Source of the DNA: Verrucomicrobiales bacterium
GTDB taxonomy: Bacteria > Verrucomicrobiota > Verrucomicrobiia > Verrucomicrobiales > V1-33
Assembly: GCA_031411295.1 (NCBI GenBank)
Contig: JANOAV010000086.1
Coordinates: 32,001 to 96,000 of the forward strand
Length of the DNA: 64,000 bases
Direction of reading: 5' to 3'
Positions 11,001-19,389 of this stretch are shown in pieces; within the stretch, counting starts at the first letter, position 1; each line of letters starts with the position of its first letter. Below the pieces are notes generated by a model. That model was not told where the DNA came from. It did not search any database and worked only from the letters and a program-made list of their open reading frames with translations. The translations under genes were made by a program, and so were the position numbers.

Positions 11001-11632
11001 TCGGCTCCCGGATTAATCTGATCCCACCCCACCACGTCCCCGCCGAGATTATTCCCTGAGTTCCACGCCGCTTGATTGACCCTGAGCGATGTCGGTTGCT
11101 CGGCATTGGTTAAAACGTTCGTCGTATGCACGGCTGCATGGCCGGTGGTGCCACTAATCTCCGCCTCGGTCCAGCGATTGGTATACGTGTTATTCCCCCG
11201 CATGGAAGTCCCGCGGAACGTGTAACGTTTGTTGGGATCAAGCCCGGAGAAGACATACGTCACCGTGTCCGCCGCCTCAATCTGAATCCCTTCGTTCGTT
11301 CCGCTGTTCCAATGAATGAAGGGCGAAAAAATCGTCGCTGCCGGAGTCCCCGCAGTGGGTGCCGCCATAGTTGCGGAGCCAACCGCCCCCACATTCGTGA
11401 TCGCCAAGCTCGCACTCAAACTGCTCCCCGCAGTAATATTCAGCAGCGCCCCTGTCGGATTCGCGAACACCCCCCAACGAGTCGCATTGGCATGCGTGGA
11501 CGCCCCGGCAATGTGGTCATTGTAAGCACTCCATTCCACCACTGACCCCACGCCTCCGCCTTGGCCGAACAAAGCAGCTGGACAGAGCAACCAAAACAGA
11601 CTTCCAAGAAAAATGAATTGAGGGGGACGCAT
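8021..11632 (-). CDS. secreted PQQ-dependent sugar dehydrogenase (GSDH) fused to Ig/cadherin-like and di-haem cytochrome c domains
   Basis: Signal peptide; EQGLLGVAFHP, NHNGGDLHFGPDGYLY, GLRNPWRMSFD, GGNYGW; CASCH and CAYCH haem motifs; C-terminal DADADGQSN..EY..GTDP module. Confidence 0.85.
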   Translation of the reverse strand: MRPPQFIFLGSLFWLLCPAALFGQGGGVGSVVEWSAYNDHIAGASTHANATRWGVFANPTGALLNITAGSSLSASLAITNVGAVGSATMAAPTAGTPAATIFSPFIHWNSGTNEGIQIEAADTVTYVFSGLDPNKRYTFRGTSMRGNNTYTNRWTEAEISGTTGHAAVHTTNVLTNAEQPTSLRVNQAAWNSGNNLGGDVVGWDQINPGADGAFSIITTRYSGNYPGGNTETPTVAPYGYGFQALRLEQWSNGSPGPPVAVADAAVVHAGQKNRIPVLQNDTGLITVGSVVITQAPSKGSAVPQSDGTVVYVAQASATGNDVFSYQVSGSGGTASPVAVNLTIPAALKIPVTGLNVPASPPPTTYALTPAFGTLSFSSPTCLESPPADALRLFVCEKGGLLRVIPNVTAVTPTASTFLDLPTLLATRSETLSTNSEQGLLGVAFHPNFASNRFLYVFYSVTRGGITYERLSRFTAQAGNPNLADTTSELVLLEQADDAGNHNGGDLHFGPDGYLYVSLGDEGNQNDSLNNSQNIAKDFFSGILRIDVDKKPGSLNPNLHASVLRDAGVARYAVPPDNPFVGVTTFNGTAVVAANVRTEFWAVGLRNPWRMSFDSATGELWVGDVGSNTLEEVDVITRGGNYGWAFREGSIAGPKTAPVGFTSIAPIFEYGHGSGVTQGNSITGGLVYRGTRISALTGLYLFADYTSGNLWTLQRNGAAAPTVTRIAGEVGIAAFGSDPSNQDVLVADLDGNRILRLVTSTPTGSFPLTLSATGLFNDLSDLTPTPGMLEYNVNVPFWSDYAKKRRWFAIPNGTGKLTWSQDGGWTLPTGMLWVKHFDLETTRGNSATAKRLETRLLVKNSTGAYGVTYRWNDQQTEATLVPDEGAEAVLAITENGTTRNQRWRFPSRAECASCHNAAAGFALSFNTRQLNFTDQIVGRPGNQLALLASGDFFTNVLPSTNLLPKVHAAADTSTSVESRVRSYLEVNCAYCHRPGGPQGSSGADWRILQTLDQTGLLMGIATNNGGDPANKLIVPGDLLHSIVLNRVAATNGFTRMPPIASTETDPSGIALLTEWIGTKLPQRETYAQWRLAQFASANSPAGDPANDADADGQSNAAEYASGTDPKSGSSFPVVAAQSQAGSVTLNFTVPENHTWMVEESANLQAWSRWNAPRNNGSPAAGGSVSVTGPAATARAFYRVTITGD

Positions 11633-11775
11633 GACTGCATCCTGCCTGAGAATGACAGAATTGAAAACCAAAAATAGCGGAAGCTTTTCCTTCAGGGTTC
11701 CGGTCACCTCAAATTCAAAAGGCTTGTCTCACTAACTCCAGTTCTCGGATGCAGGAAGCCTGCAAGACAAGCTAC

Positions 11776-13662
11776 TTACGAAGCAGACCGCGTCGTGACC
11801 GCCAGATCAGCGGAACTCCGCACTTTACATTCACGGCTCAGCTCATCGGAAAATCCCTTCGCGTTGTTCCCCAGCAGCACCAGATCATTCTCCGCCCGCG
11901 TGATGGCCACGTAGAGTTGGCGACGATCCTCCTCCGCAGTGGCGGAAGCGTTGGACAGCTGGTCCGCCCAAAGCACGATCACCGCTTTGTATTGCAGGCC
12001 CTTGGAGGAGTGGATCGTCTGCACCTTGATGGCCGCATCGTTGACTGCCAAATGAGGTTCGTTGACGTCGTCAGCATTGAGCCATCGAGTTTCCGCCAGC
12101 GTTGAGAGACCATCGACGAGACGCTGCATCAGAGGGCGTTCGCCCTGGAAGAGCCTTGGGTAAAAGACCCCGATGTCCTCGGGTCGGATGGGGGCGAACT
12201 CCTTTCCCTTCCGCTCTCCTTTCAGCCAATGACTGACGATTTTCAAAGCATCCTCCACTTGATCGGCATGATTTTTTGCACGGACAAATGTTGGATCGCT
12301 CCCGACCGGAACCCGACGGCAACTCTGCGGCCCCACCCCTACCGAGTTGATCCCATCCACGTTCCTTTCGTCCGCACTGAAGATGCGTGCCAGGGTCGCG
12401 ATATGGGGCGTATTCCGATAATTCTTATCCAGATCGAAGCGGGCTGAAATCGAGCGTCCAACAACCTGAATACCCAGCGCACTCCAACTCACCTTGTTGC
12501 GCTTGTAGAGCCGCTGACTCCCATCCGCCACAATGATCAAATCCCCCTCGACCGGGTCCTTCATCACCGCCAGAGCGCACTGAAACCATGTTGGTTCGAA
12601 ATCTTGCGCTTCGTCAATCAGAACGCTGTCCCACTCACGGGCAGCGTCTCCACGCTTGGTAATGGCACTCAGAACGCGTGCTCCAAACACGGCATCGTCC
12701 GTTTCCTTACGAGTTAAACCCACACTCTTCGCCCAGCCATCGAAATGCGTCACCGTCACATTCGGGCAATCCCGCATCCGGGCCTTCAACCATTCTGCGA
12801 GCACCTTGTTGAAACAGAGCAGCAGACTGCGCTTTTCGGGGTGCTTGGCTGCCAGCCAACGCGCCCGGGCCATTAGCAAGACCGTCTTCCCTGATCCAGC
12901 CACGCCCGAAAGCACATAGTGTCCACTTCCCAGCGATTTCGCATGCTGTTCCTGCCGCGTGTCTAACACCTCCATGGTAGCAACCGATTGCAAAGGATCC
13001 CGTCCCAGAATCACATCCAACCGACTCTCGGGAAAGAGCACCCAACGCAGAATATCAATCTGATGGGCCGTGAATGTTTGTTTCATTAAGAAGGGACGGA
13101 AAAATGGCTTCAACGCCGCCACGAGTCCAGCTTCATCCAGCTCATTCCAAGCTCTTCGTTGATCCGCGAAGACAGTATTCTCCGTCGTGAAGATTGCCTG
13201 CAGTGCTTCCTTATGCACGGATTTCTCCACATTCCTGCGCTCAATCCTGGTGAACAGAACCATCGCACCCACTGGAAAACAGAGCTTACCTTTGTGATCC
13301 CCCTCCGCGTGCAGCAATGCTCCGCCGTATTTCCCCTTGCAGCACATATCTTTCAGCGCCTGCCAATAGCCCTCCACCTGCGTTAGCGGATTCGGTTGCT
13401 GAAATGATGCCGCTGTTCCGATCGGCTGAAGCTCAATCGTTTGTGGATTCACCGACAGCACAGAATTAATCGACCAATCTTTCACCTCTATAACCAGCAG
13501 CCCCAGATTTGGAGCCAGAATCACGAAATCAGGCTTGCGACGGTCCACCGTCGGTTCGTAATAAATCGTCCAGTCCTCCGGCAGCCGCTTTAGCAGCTTC
13601 GAAAGTTCTTTTTCACCATTGGTTGCCGTTGCTCGGATTGTCTCAGGAATTAGTGTCGCCAT
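11776..13662 (-). CDS. NERD nuclease domain + UvrD-like SF1 helicase
   Basis: PDFVIL..GLLVIEVKDW (NERD PD-(D/E)xK); GVAGSGKT, IDEAQD, NYRN, TIHSSKGL and LYVAITRA helicase motifs. Confidence 0.9.
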   Translation of the reverse strand: MATLIPETIRATATNGEKELSKLLKRLPEDWTIYYEPTVDRRKPDFVILAPNLGLLVIEVKDWSINSVLSVNPQTIELQPIGTAASFQQPNPLTQVEGYWQALKDMCCKGKYGGALLHAEGDHKGKLCFPVGAMVLFTRIERRNVEKSVHKEALQAIFTTENTVFADQRRAWNELDEAGLVAALKPFFRPFLMKQTFTAHQIDILRWVLFPESRLDVILGRDPLQSVATMEVLDTRQEQHAKSLGSGHYVLSGVAGSGKTVLLMARARWLAAKHPEKRSLLLCFNKVLAEWLKARMRDCPNVTVTHFDGWAKSVGLTRKETDDAVFGARVLSAITKRGDAAREWDSVLIDEAQDFEPTWFQCALAVMKDPVEGDLIIVADGSQRLYKRNKVSWSALGIQVVGRSISARFDLDKNYRNTPHIATLARIFSADERNVDGINSVGVGPQSCRRVPVGSDPTFVRAKNHADQVEDALKIVSHWLKGERKGKEFAPIRPEDIGVFYPRLFQGERPLMQRLVDGLSTLAETRWLNADDVNEPHLAVNDAAIKVQTIHSSKGLQYKAVIVLWADQLSNASATAEEDRRQLYVAITRAENDLVLLGNNAKGFSDELSRECKVRSSADLAVTTRSAS

Positions 13663-13811
13663 GAGGCACTTTAGAACAAGTTATTATAATTACCATAACT
13701 AACTTGCATTGCGACGCGATTTGTCATTCTGACTGCACCACACGGGAGGCAGCACCGACTTCCAACTTGTAGCCGCTGACGTGGGGGCTCGTCCCGTTGC
13801 CGAGCGCCCAT

Positions 13812-13848
13812 AAAAAAACTGGGCGACACCTTGCGGTATCGCCCAGTT
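13812..13848 (-). terminator. rho-independent terminator of the FN3 gene
   Basis: AACTGGGCGA...TCGCCCAGTT stem, followed on the minus strand by a T run (A7 at 13812-13818). Confidence 0.8.
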
Positions 13849-13873
13849 CTTCTGATTGCCTGCGGCTGTGCCT

Positions 13874-14617
13874 TTACAGGCTCATGTGGCTCACGGCATC
13901 GCTCCAGTCACTGTAGCCCGTGCTGCCGCCCACTGCGCGGACTTGGAACTGGTAATTGCTTCCGGGCGTCAGACCTTCCACCGACATGGAGCGGGAGTTC
14001 GTGAACAGACCGGCACTCTGCCAGGCACCCGGGGCACCATTGGCAGCGATCAGGGCATGGCGAATCTCATAGCATTTGGCGTTGGGGATCACCGTGACCC
14101 GCAGCACCAACTGCCCGGAGTTCCCGTTCAGGATGTCCTTGATGCTCGGCGCGTCCAGCGGACTGGACGCCCGGTTCGTGCTCACGGCATCGAAACCGCT
14201 GGAGAGCAGCACGGCCAGATCATTGCCATGCTTTTCCTGCACATAACCAGCCAAGGCGCGGAGCAGTCCCACCAGCGTGGCGCGCTTGTTATCCTTCACC
14301 GCCGTATCCCCTGGACCGCCCAGATTCGCTGCCGCCACCGCCGCAGAGAAATCATTTTTGGCGGTGGTGAGGGCCGCAGAGGTCACCGGCGGGGTCGGAT
14401 AAGCGGCATTTCCGTAGAGTTTTTGAAGCACTGCTCCGGCTAATTCATCCAGTCCGTTATCAGGCGCACTGGCGAAACCAAGTAAGACACGTAGTTGAGG
14501 CATTTTTTTAGGTGTTGGTTGTAGCACAAACCCATTATAGCGAAGGCCGGGCGTGTCCCAACGCAGCGGTTGGCCATTAGCGTCCGTTCCATCCCAAGTA
14601 ACAGGTATTTGTGCCAT
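13874..14617 (-). CDS. small helical + C-terminal fibronectin type III domain protein (start may be 14503)
   Basis: C-terminal GLTPGSNYQFQVRAVGG..YSDWSD FN3 signature; N-terminal helical region GNAAYPTPP. Confidence 0.8.
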   Translation of the reverse strand: MAQIPVTWDGTDANGQPLRWDTPGLRYNGFVLQPTPKKMPQLRVLLGFASAPDNGLDELAGAVLQKLYGNAAYPTPPVTSAALTTAKNDFSAAVAAANLGGPGDTAVKDNKRATLVGLLRALAGYVQEKHGNDLAVLLSSGFDAVSTNRASSPLDAPSIKDILNGNSGQLVLRVTVIPNAKCYEIRHALIAANGAPGAWQSAGLFTNSRSMSVEGLTPGSNYQFQVRAVGGSTGYSDWSDAVSHMSL

Positions 14618-14647
14618 TGTTTAATGTAGGTTTAGTTTTGGGGGAAA

Positions 14648-15055
14648 ATGATGTCGTTCCTGCGCAGCCATTCCATGCACAGCAAACGCGGCCTGTGCCC
14701 TGCCGACAGAGTTTTGTCCGTGGCCGACAGAGTTTTGTCCGTGACGGAGAGAGTTTTGTCCGTGACGGACAGAGTTTTGTCCGGGGCGGAAAGAGTTTTG
14801 TCCGAGGCGGAAAGAGTTTTGTCTGAGGCGGAAAGAGTTTTGTCCAGAGCGGAAAGAGTTGTTTCCGCGAAGGACAGAGTTGCGTCCGGGAAGGACAGAG
14901 TTGTGTCGGAGACGGAGAAAGTTCTGTCCGAGGCCGAACGAGTGGTTTTCCCACCGGAAATCACCCGGTTCCCCGTGCCAACCCATGACTGCCGGGGGAA
15001 TAAACTACACCGCGGTTCCCTCAAGAAGACCGCCATCACGCAGGACTGTGTATGA
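14648..15055 (+). CDS. possible heptad-repeat (AERVLSE-like) coiled-coil peptide encoded by the array
   Basis: Much of the unit-to-unit variation is synonymous or conservative in this frame; GGGGA precedes the ATG. The minus-strand DKTLSA frame is an alternative. Confidence 0.35.
   Translation: MMSFLRSHSMHSKRGLCPADRVLSVADRVLSVTERVLSVTDRVLSGAERVLSEAERVLSEAERVLSRAERVVSAKDRVASGKDRVVSETEKVLSEAERVVFPPEITRFPVPTHDCRGNKLHRGSLKKTAITQDCV
14702..14953. repeat. tandem array of 12 x 21-bp units with an internal palindrome (consensus close to RCGGAMAGAGTTTTGTCCGNG)
   Basis: Units read directly at a 21-bp period from 14702; core GGACA-GAGTTT-TGTCC. Confidence 0.95.
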
Positions 15056-15342
15056 ATCATCATCGAACGCCATGCTACGCTTCCCCGCCTTTAGCGTCAA
15101 ATAATTTAACGCATCGTATCGTGTTTTGTTTATTTCTTCCTAGTCGATATACTGCTGAACATTCACGGTTTTTCTTTGGTCGACCCTGGACCGAGGCCGT
15201 TAAAGGTTCATCCGCCTGGGTAGTTTAGGCAGATCTCTGAAGTAACGGGCGTTTTAGTTGCTCGTGGCCTGTAGAATAAATGGCCTTGCGCGGTGTTGCT
15301 ACCCCGTGGTATTTAATACGAATTAACAAACAAAACTGAATA

Positions 15343-16137
15343 ATGGCACCCACGAACAGTAGGACAAACGCACCAGCAAATGGAGATAACGACAGATGGC
15401 AGAACACCCTGGCTGAGTTAGATCGAAGAACCGTGGTGGAAGCCGCTCCTCCTCACAAACTCAATAAGTTTTTAGAATGGAAATACGCCAAAAGGATTAT
15501 CGAGACGGGGCTAATCCCCCTGCTTTCTCCGGAAAATTGGCCGGATGAAAATGATAGGGCTGTCATGGCGCACTATGCTCAATTAAGGCGCCAAACCACT
15601 CCCGATTTCACCGTGCTTGCTAGCTGCTTCCTGTGCGGGCCTGAGACTGTTTACCATTGGAAGTCCTTTGCTGAAAAAGAGGAGGATGTTTGCTGTATAG
15701 AATTTGAGGCTAAGAAATTCATAGATCGTCTCATCCCGCCTACAGGGGAATTTCTCAAAGGGAAAGTCAAATATCGACCTTGGGCACAACTTAGTAAAAA
15801 AGTTAAATGGCAGAATCAGGAGGATGAGGTTATTGAAAATCTCCCATTCTTTAAGAGATGGCCGTTCAGATGCGAGGATGAATATCGCGTTGTCTGGGGA
15901 GGCGACCAAGGATCAGCCCAAGGTGGGATTCACATCAATGTCCAGGATGTAATCACGAAAGTGAACCTTAGCCCAAAGTTACCTAAACAGGAGTTTGAAG
16001 CAAGAAAGCAGGCTTTAGGCCGGAGGCCTGGGATAGAGATTTTGCATTCAACATTAAACCACAATAAGGACTGGATGGAGGCAATTCAGAACATTGGCAC
16101 CAGTCAGCGCTCCAAATCAAAGGCTTCGGTAAGTTGA
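15343..16137 (+). CDS. DUF2971-like protein
   Basis: SCF...HWKSFA..CCIEF and FFKRWPFRCEDEYRV motifs; AT-richer than its flanks. Confidence 0.6.
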   Translation: MAPTNSRTNAPANGDNDRWQNTLAELDRRTVVEAAPPHKLNKFLEWKYAKRIIETGLIPLLSPENWPDENDRAVMAHYAQLRRQTTPDFTVLASCFLCGPETVYHWKSFAEKEEDVCCIEFEAKKFIDRLIPPTGEFLKGKVKYRPWAQLSKKVKWQNQEDEVIENLPFFKRWPFRCEDEYRVVWGGDQGSAQGGIHINVQDVITKVNLSPKLPKQEFEARKQALGRRPGIEILHSTLNHNKDWMEAIQNIGTSQRSKSKASVS

Positions 16138-16152
16138 TAGCGCAGATATAGC

Positions 16153-16734
16153 TTATCTCCGACGCCGGAATGAGCAGGCCGTGCTGAGCATTATCAGGCC
16201 CATCGTTCCAGGTTCTGGGACCGTCTCAACAATGGCAAAATATGGGAGAGTAATTGGATCAAATTGGCCTCCCGGTGATACTGTTCCATTAACGTGATTG
16301 TCATTCCAACTACCTTTTGTTTCACCAGCTCCTGCGGCGTGGTTCCAATTGATGACACCGTAGTCTTCATCCCCTAAGTTATTGGGCTCGTTGTTATCCC
16401 AATTGGTGTAGGTGACTGGTTCTCCTGTTGTCCAAACAAAAGTTCCTTCAGTTGCGACATCGTTGATTCCCAACCAAACCGGAAGGCGATCATTTGCCCC
16501 GACTAGAAAATTTGCCACGATGAAAGCTTGTTCAGCAGCGGAAGTGATACTTACCAAGTGTCCGCCCACAGACTGTGCGAAGGACTCTGCAACATCCCAA
16601 TTCATTCGCACGGCAGTCAGTTCGTAAAAGTGGTCATTGCCACCAACGGCAGAAGACCACTGGATGGCAGCTGCTTGCGAGGTCTGAGCAGCTATTAAAT
16701 TCAGAGCGATTGCAGAGAGTAGAGGACGAATCAT
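16153..16734 (-). CDS. C-type lectin domain PEP-CTERM surface protein
   Basis: Signal peptide; GGHLVSITSAAEQ, WLGIND, WDNNEPN, WND motifs; C-terminal VPEP-TM-RRRR. Confidence 0.9.
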   Translation of the reverse strand: MIRPLLSAIALNLIAAQTSQAAAIQWSSAVGGNDHFYELTAVRMNWDVAESFAQSVGGHLVSITSAAEQAFIVANFLVGANDRLPVWLGINDVATEGTFVWTTGEPVTYTNWDNNEPNNLGDEDYGVINWNHAAGAGETKGSWNDNHVNGTVSPGGQFDPITLPYFAIVETVPEPGTMGLIMLSTACSFRRRR

Positions 16735-16873
16735 AGATTGCCCTTTAGTTTGCTTAATTGCGGAAGTCAACCTCCAATTGCCCGATTTGCCAACATGTGC
16801 TTCTTACCTGTCCTCTGGCCTCAGGGGAACAGAACTCTGAGTCAATAGAACTACTAATTCTGGTTCCGTCAGT

Positions 16874-17143
16874 TTAAGTAGTTTTGTAAATTTCAGGCCG
16901 CCATGAACCATCTGGTAAAATTTCGACAGGCTGGACGAATTCGTTCACTGAAAGAGCATCGTCGAACGCACGTTCGTCATCGAGAAATTCTTGTAATCGG
17001 GTCATTGCAGCATCTACAATTTCGCGCTGGGCTTCCAGTTCGGAATGAAAAAGCACGGCGGAATTCTCGCGGTCCGTCAACAGAGGCACCACGCCTTCAC
17101 AAAGAGAGTCGACACAAATGATATAGCCTATGGAAACGTTCAT
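16874..17143 (-). CDS. hypothetical protein
   Basis: 89-aa acidic ORF filling the gap; protein-like composition. Confidence 0.55.
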   Translation of the reverse strand: MNVSIGYIICVDSLCEGVVPLLTDRENSAVLFHSELEAQREIVDAAMTRLQEFLDDERAFDDALSVNEFVQPVEILPDGSWRPEIYKTT

Positions 17144-17238
17144 AGTTGTGACCTGGCCTGGGTTTCAACTTTGCTCAAGTTGGAAATTCGGGTGGAGGAT
17201 ACCATTGCCAACCGCCGGATTTACGATAGTCTGGGCTC

Positions 17239-18033
17239 ATGGAAACCAGAAAGAAATGGAATCGAGAGGAGTTACTCATCGCCTTAAACCTCTACCACAA
17301 GCTGTCGTTCGGTAAACTGCACTCACGCCAGCCTGCCATCGTGGCACTAGCGGAAAAAATGGGACGCGGCGCGAACAGTTTGGCGATGAAATTGTGCAAC
17401 TTTGCTTCCTTGGACCCCGCCCTGAAACTGCGCGGCATTAGCGGTCTGAAGGGAGCTAGCGCTTTGGATCAAACAGTTTGGTCTGAATTCCATGAGGATC
17501 TCAACGAATCCGTCCCTGCGTCCGAGGAAGCTTTCCGCAAATTACTCGGTGTTAGCCACAATGCAGAGATCGAGGTTCTACCCGAGGCAGGGTTGGTGGT
17601 GAAGCAATCTCCCGCCGGACCAACAGAACTAATGGCATCGATCAAAATTCGTCGTGGACAGCACTTCTTCCGCGAAGTTGTGGTAAACAACAGTGGTGGA
17701 GTTTGTAGCGTCAGTGGACTTGCCATTCGAGAACTGCTGGTGGCATCTCATATCTTGCCATGGGGCTCTCATCCAAAACACAGACTGGACGTGCAGAATG
17801 GAATTTGCCTTTCGCGCCTGCACGATGCCGCCTTCGATCGTGGTTTCGTCACCTTTGACGAGAATTTGCAATTGGTGCTATCACCACAACTAACCTCACG
17901 GCTTGATCAGCGCAGCGTATCCGAGAACTTCGGAGCCTACGCTGGCCAACCACTCCACTTCCCCTCTGATGCTACGCTCCCGAAGGAAGAGTTCCTTGCT
18001 GAGCACCGGATGAAGATCTTTCGCGTTGCTTGA
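17239..18033 (+). CDS. HNH endonuclease (COG3440-type putative restriction endonuclease)
   Basis: N-terminal W.REEL..ALNLY..FG..H..MKL.NFASLDP; C-terminal LVASHILPW..NGICL..LHD.AFDRG HNH core. Confidence 0.9.
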   Translation: METRKKWNREELLIALNLYHKLSFGKLHSRQPAIVALAEKMGRGANSLAMKLCNFASLDPALKLRGISGLKGASALDQTVWSEFHEDLNESVPASEEAFRKLLGVSHNAEIEVLPEAGLVVKQSPAGPTELMASIKIRRGQHFFREVVVNNSGGVCSVSGLAIRELLVASHILPWGSHPKHRLDVQNGICLSRLHDAAFDRGFVTFDENLQLVLSPQLTSRLDQRSVSENFGAYAGQPLHFPSDATLPKEEFLAEHRMKIFRVA

Positions 18034-18240
18034 GAAGTCGGTAGTAGCGAAGCCATAGGGGACATCCTTGGCTCCACGGTAGTTGCCGGAGGATTTCCGT
18101 CCGATTTCCAGAAGCCTCTCCGCAACGATTCCTCGTGCGGCGGGTGGCGGTCATTTGCGTTCCGCTTTTCCTGCGTTCCTCATGCAAAACGCATCAGGAA
18201 AGCGGGGGACCTCTTGTGGGCGCAGGAGCGGAAGACAGGC

Positions 18241-18811
18241 AGGGCCATGGTCCAGGCGGAACTGGAACAACCGTTGGAGTTCCGGCCTTTAGGCGGAGGA
18301 TCAGGCTCAGGGGCTGGCGCGGCGGGCTTGTCGTGTTGCTCCGGCTGAAGCCTGCTGAAGCCGGGACTCCAACTCTTGGCGCAATCGGTGCCTGCGAGGC
18401 TTGGGGTGGGATGAAAAAGCGGGCGCAATGCTAATGGCGGCGGGACGCGCGCCACTCCCAGTGTTCGCCTCTTTTTGAGCAGTCCAGCGGACGGCTCCAC
18501 ATTCGCTCAAAATTGCTGAAGAAGGTAGGGAGGGCCATGGTCCAGGCGGAACTGGAACAACCGTTGGAGTTCCGGCCTTTAGGCGCCTTTAGGCGGAGGA
18601 TCAGGCTCAGGGGGCTGGCGCGGCGGGCTTGTCGTGTTGCTCCGGCTGAAGCCCGGGACTCCAACTCTTGGCGCAATCGGTGCCTGCGAGGCTTGGGGCG
18701 GGATGAAAAAGCGGGTGCAATGCGAATGGCGGCGGGACGCGCGCCACTCCCAGTGTTCGCCTCTTTTTGAGCAGTCCAGCGGACTGCTCCACATTCGCTC
18801 AAAATTGCTGA
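18241..18811. repeat. tandem duplication (290-bp period) of a mosaic of REP-like palindromes (BIME-like)
   Basis: 18241-18519 is nearly identical to 18531-18811. Each copy has TTGGAGTTCCGGC..GCCGGGACTCCAA, GGCGGGACGCGCGCCACTCCC and a GAGCAGTCC-AGC-GGAC(T/G)GCTC hairpin. Confidence 0.9.
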
Positions 18812-18812
18812 G

Positions 18813-19013
18813 GGAGGCGTTACGCTTCGACAATTGGCCCCTGTCCTGCGACAGTCCTCTGAGAAACTCTGCCGTGAGATTAATCCTCATGTGCTCTCTC
18901 CCGCCGAGTGGACGACCAAGCTGCACCGTGCGGACGTGTTCTGCGCCCGCGTGGCGGCCGAACCGAAAATTTTTCTGAAGGGAGGGGCGGATGAGCTGAA
19001 CAGACTGGGGTAA
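18813..19013 (+). pseudogene. 3' remnant of an MNT (nucleotidyltransferase) antitoxin-like gene
   Basis: Hand translation: GGVTLRQLAPVLRQSSEKLCREINPHVLSPAEW...RVAAEPKIFLKGGADELNRLG*. REINP and PKIF..G..DEL motifs; no start codon. Confidence 0.65.
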
Positions 19014-19060
19014 GAACGGCAGGATGTCGTTGGCTCTGCCGTAGTCCGCCGCGAATATGA
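18991..19060 (+). pseudogene. decayed 5' remnant of the partner (HEPN-like) gene
   Basis: Overlapping frame reads MS*TDWGKNG..., resembling the MSLxDWxxNGW starts of partner genes, with in-frame stops. Confidence 0.4.
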
Positions 19061-19308
19061 CAGCAGTCGGCCCGACTGATCCCGCCCCACTCCAGCCACC
19101 GCAGTCCAGCGGACTGCGACCACCTTCCCGCCGCGCTGGAGGTGTTGAAAAAGTCGCTGCTGCCGCGGGGCTTTTTGCCGGAGAGGTGTGAAATGACTTG
19201 GTTGACACCGTTGATCCTTTTGGCGAAGTTTGTGGTGCGCGTGCGGCGGGCTCATCCTAGGCACCTTAGCCGATCTCGTGCACCGCTCCACCGTTCGACC
19301 CTCCTCCC

Positions 19309-19389
19309 ATGCCTAAGTTGTTCGACAAACACGGTGGATTCCGCCGGCGGCATTCCTTCACGCTGGCCTGCCCTTATCCGCCATCCTAA
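19309..19389 (+). pseudogene. 5' remnant of a four-helix-bundle (suffix domain) protein gene
   Basis: Hand translation MPKLFDKHGGFRRRHSFTLAC..* matches the HGG(Y/F)RxLxSF N-terminal motif. Confidence 0.5.

Noticed and set aside
14702..14953. CRISPR or guide-RNA array interpretation of the 21-bp repeats
   Set aside because: Units are contiguous with no unique spacers, and there is no cas or recognisable RNA-guided effector gene in the window.
15100..15340. Possible riboswitch/ncRNA in this gap (also 40300-40410)
   Set aside because: I recognised no convincing conserved structure or Rfam-type motif by eye; an Infernal search would be needed.
18241..18811. DGR template/variable repeat pair
   Set aside because: Differences are indels and non-adenine-specific changes, the region is non-coding, and no reverse transcriptase is present.
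19138..19157. GGTGTTGAAAAAGTC resembling an IS terminal inverted repeat
   Set aside because: No partner end, target duplication or transposase was found; too short to support.
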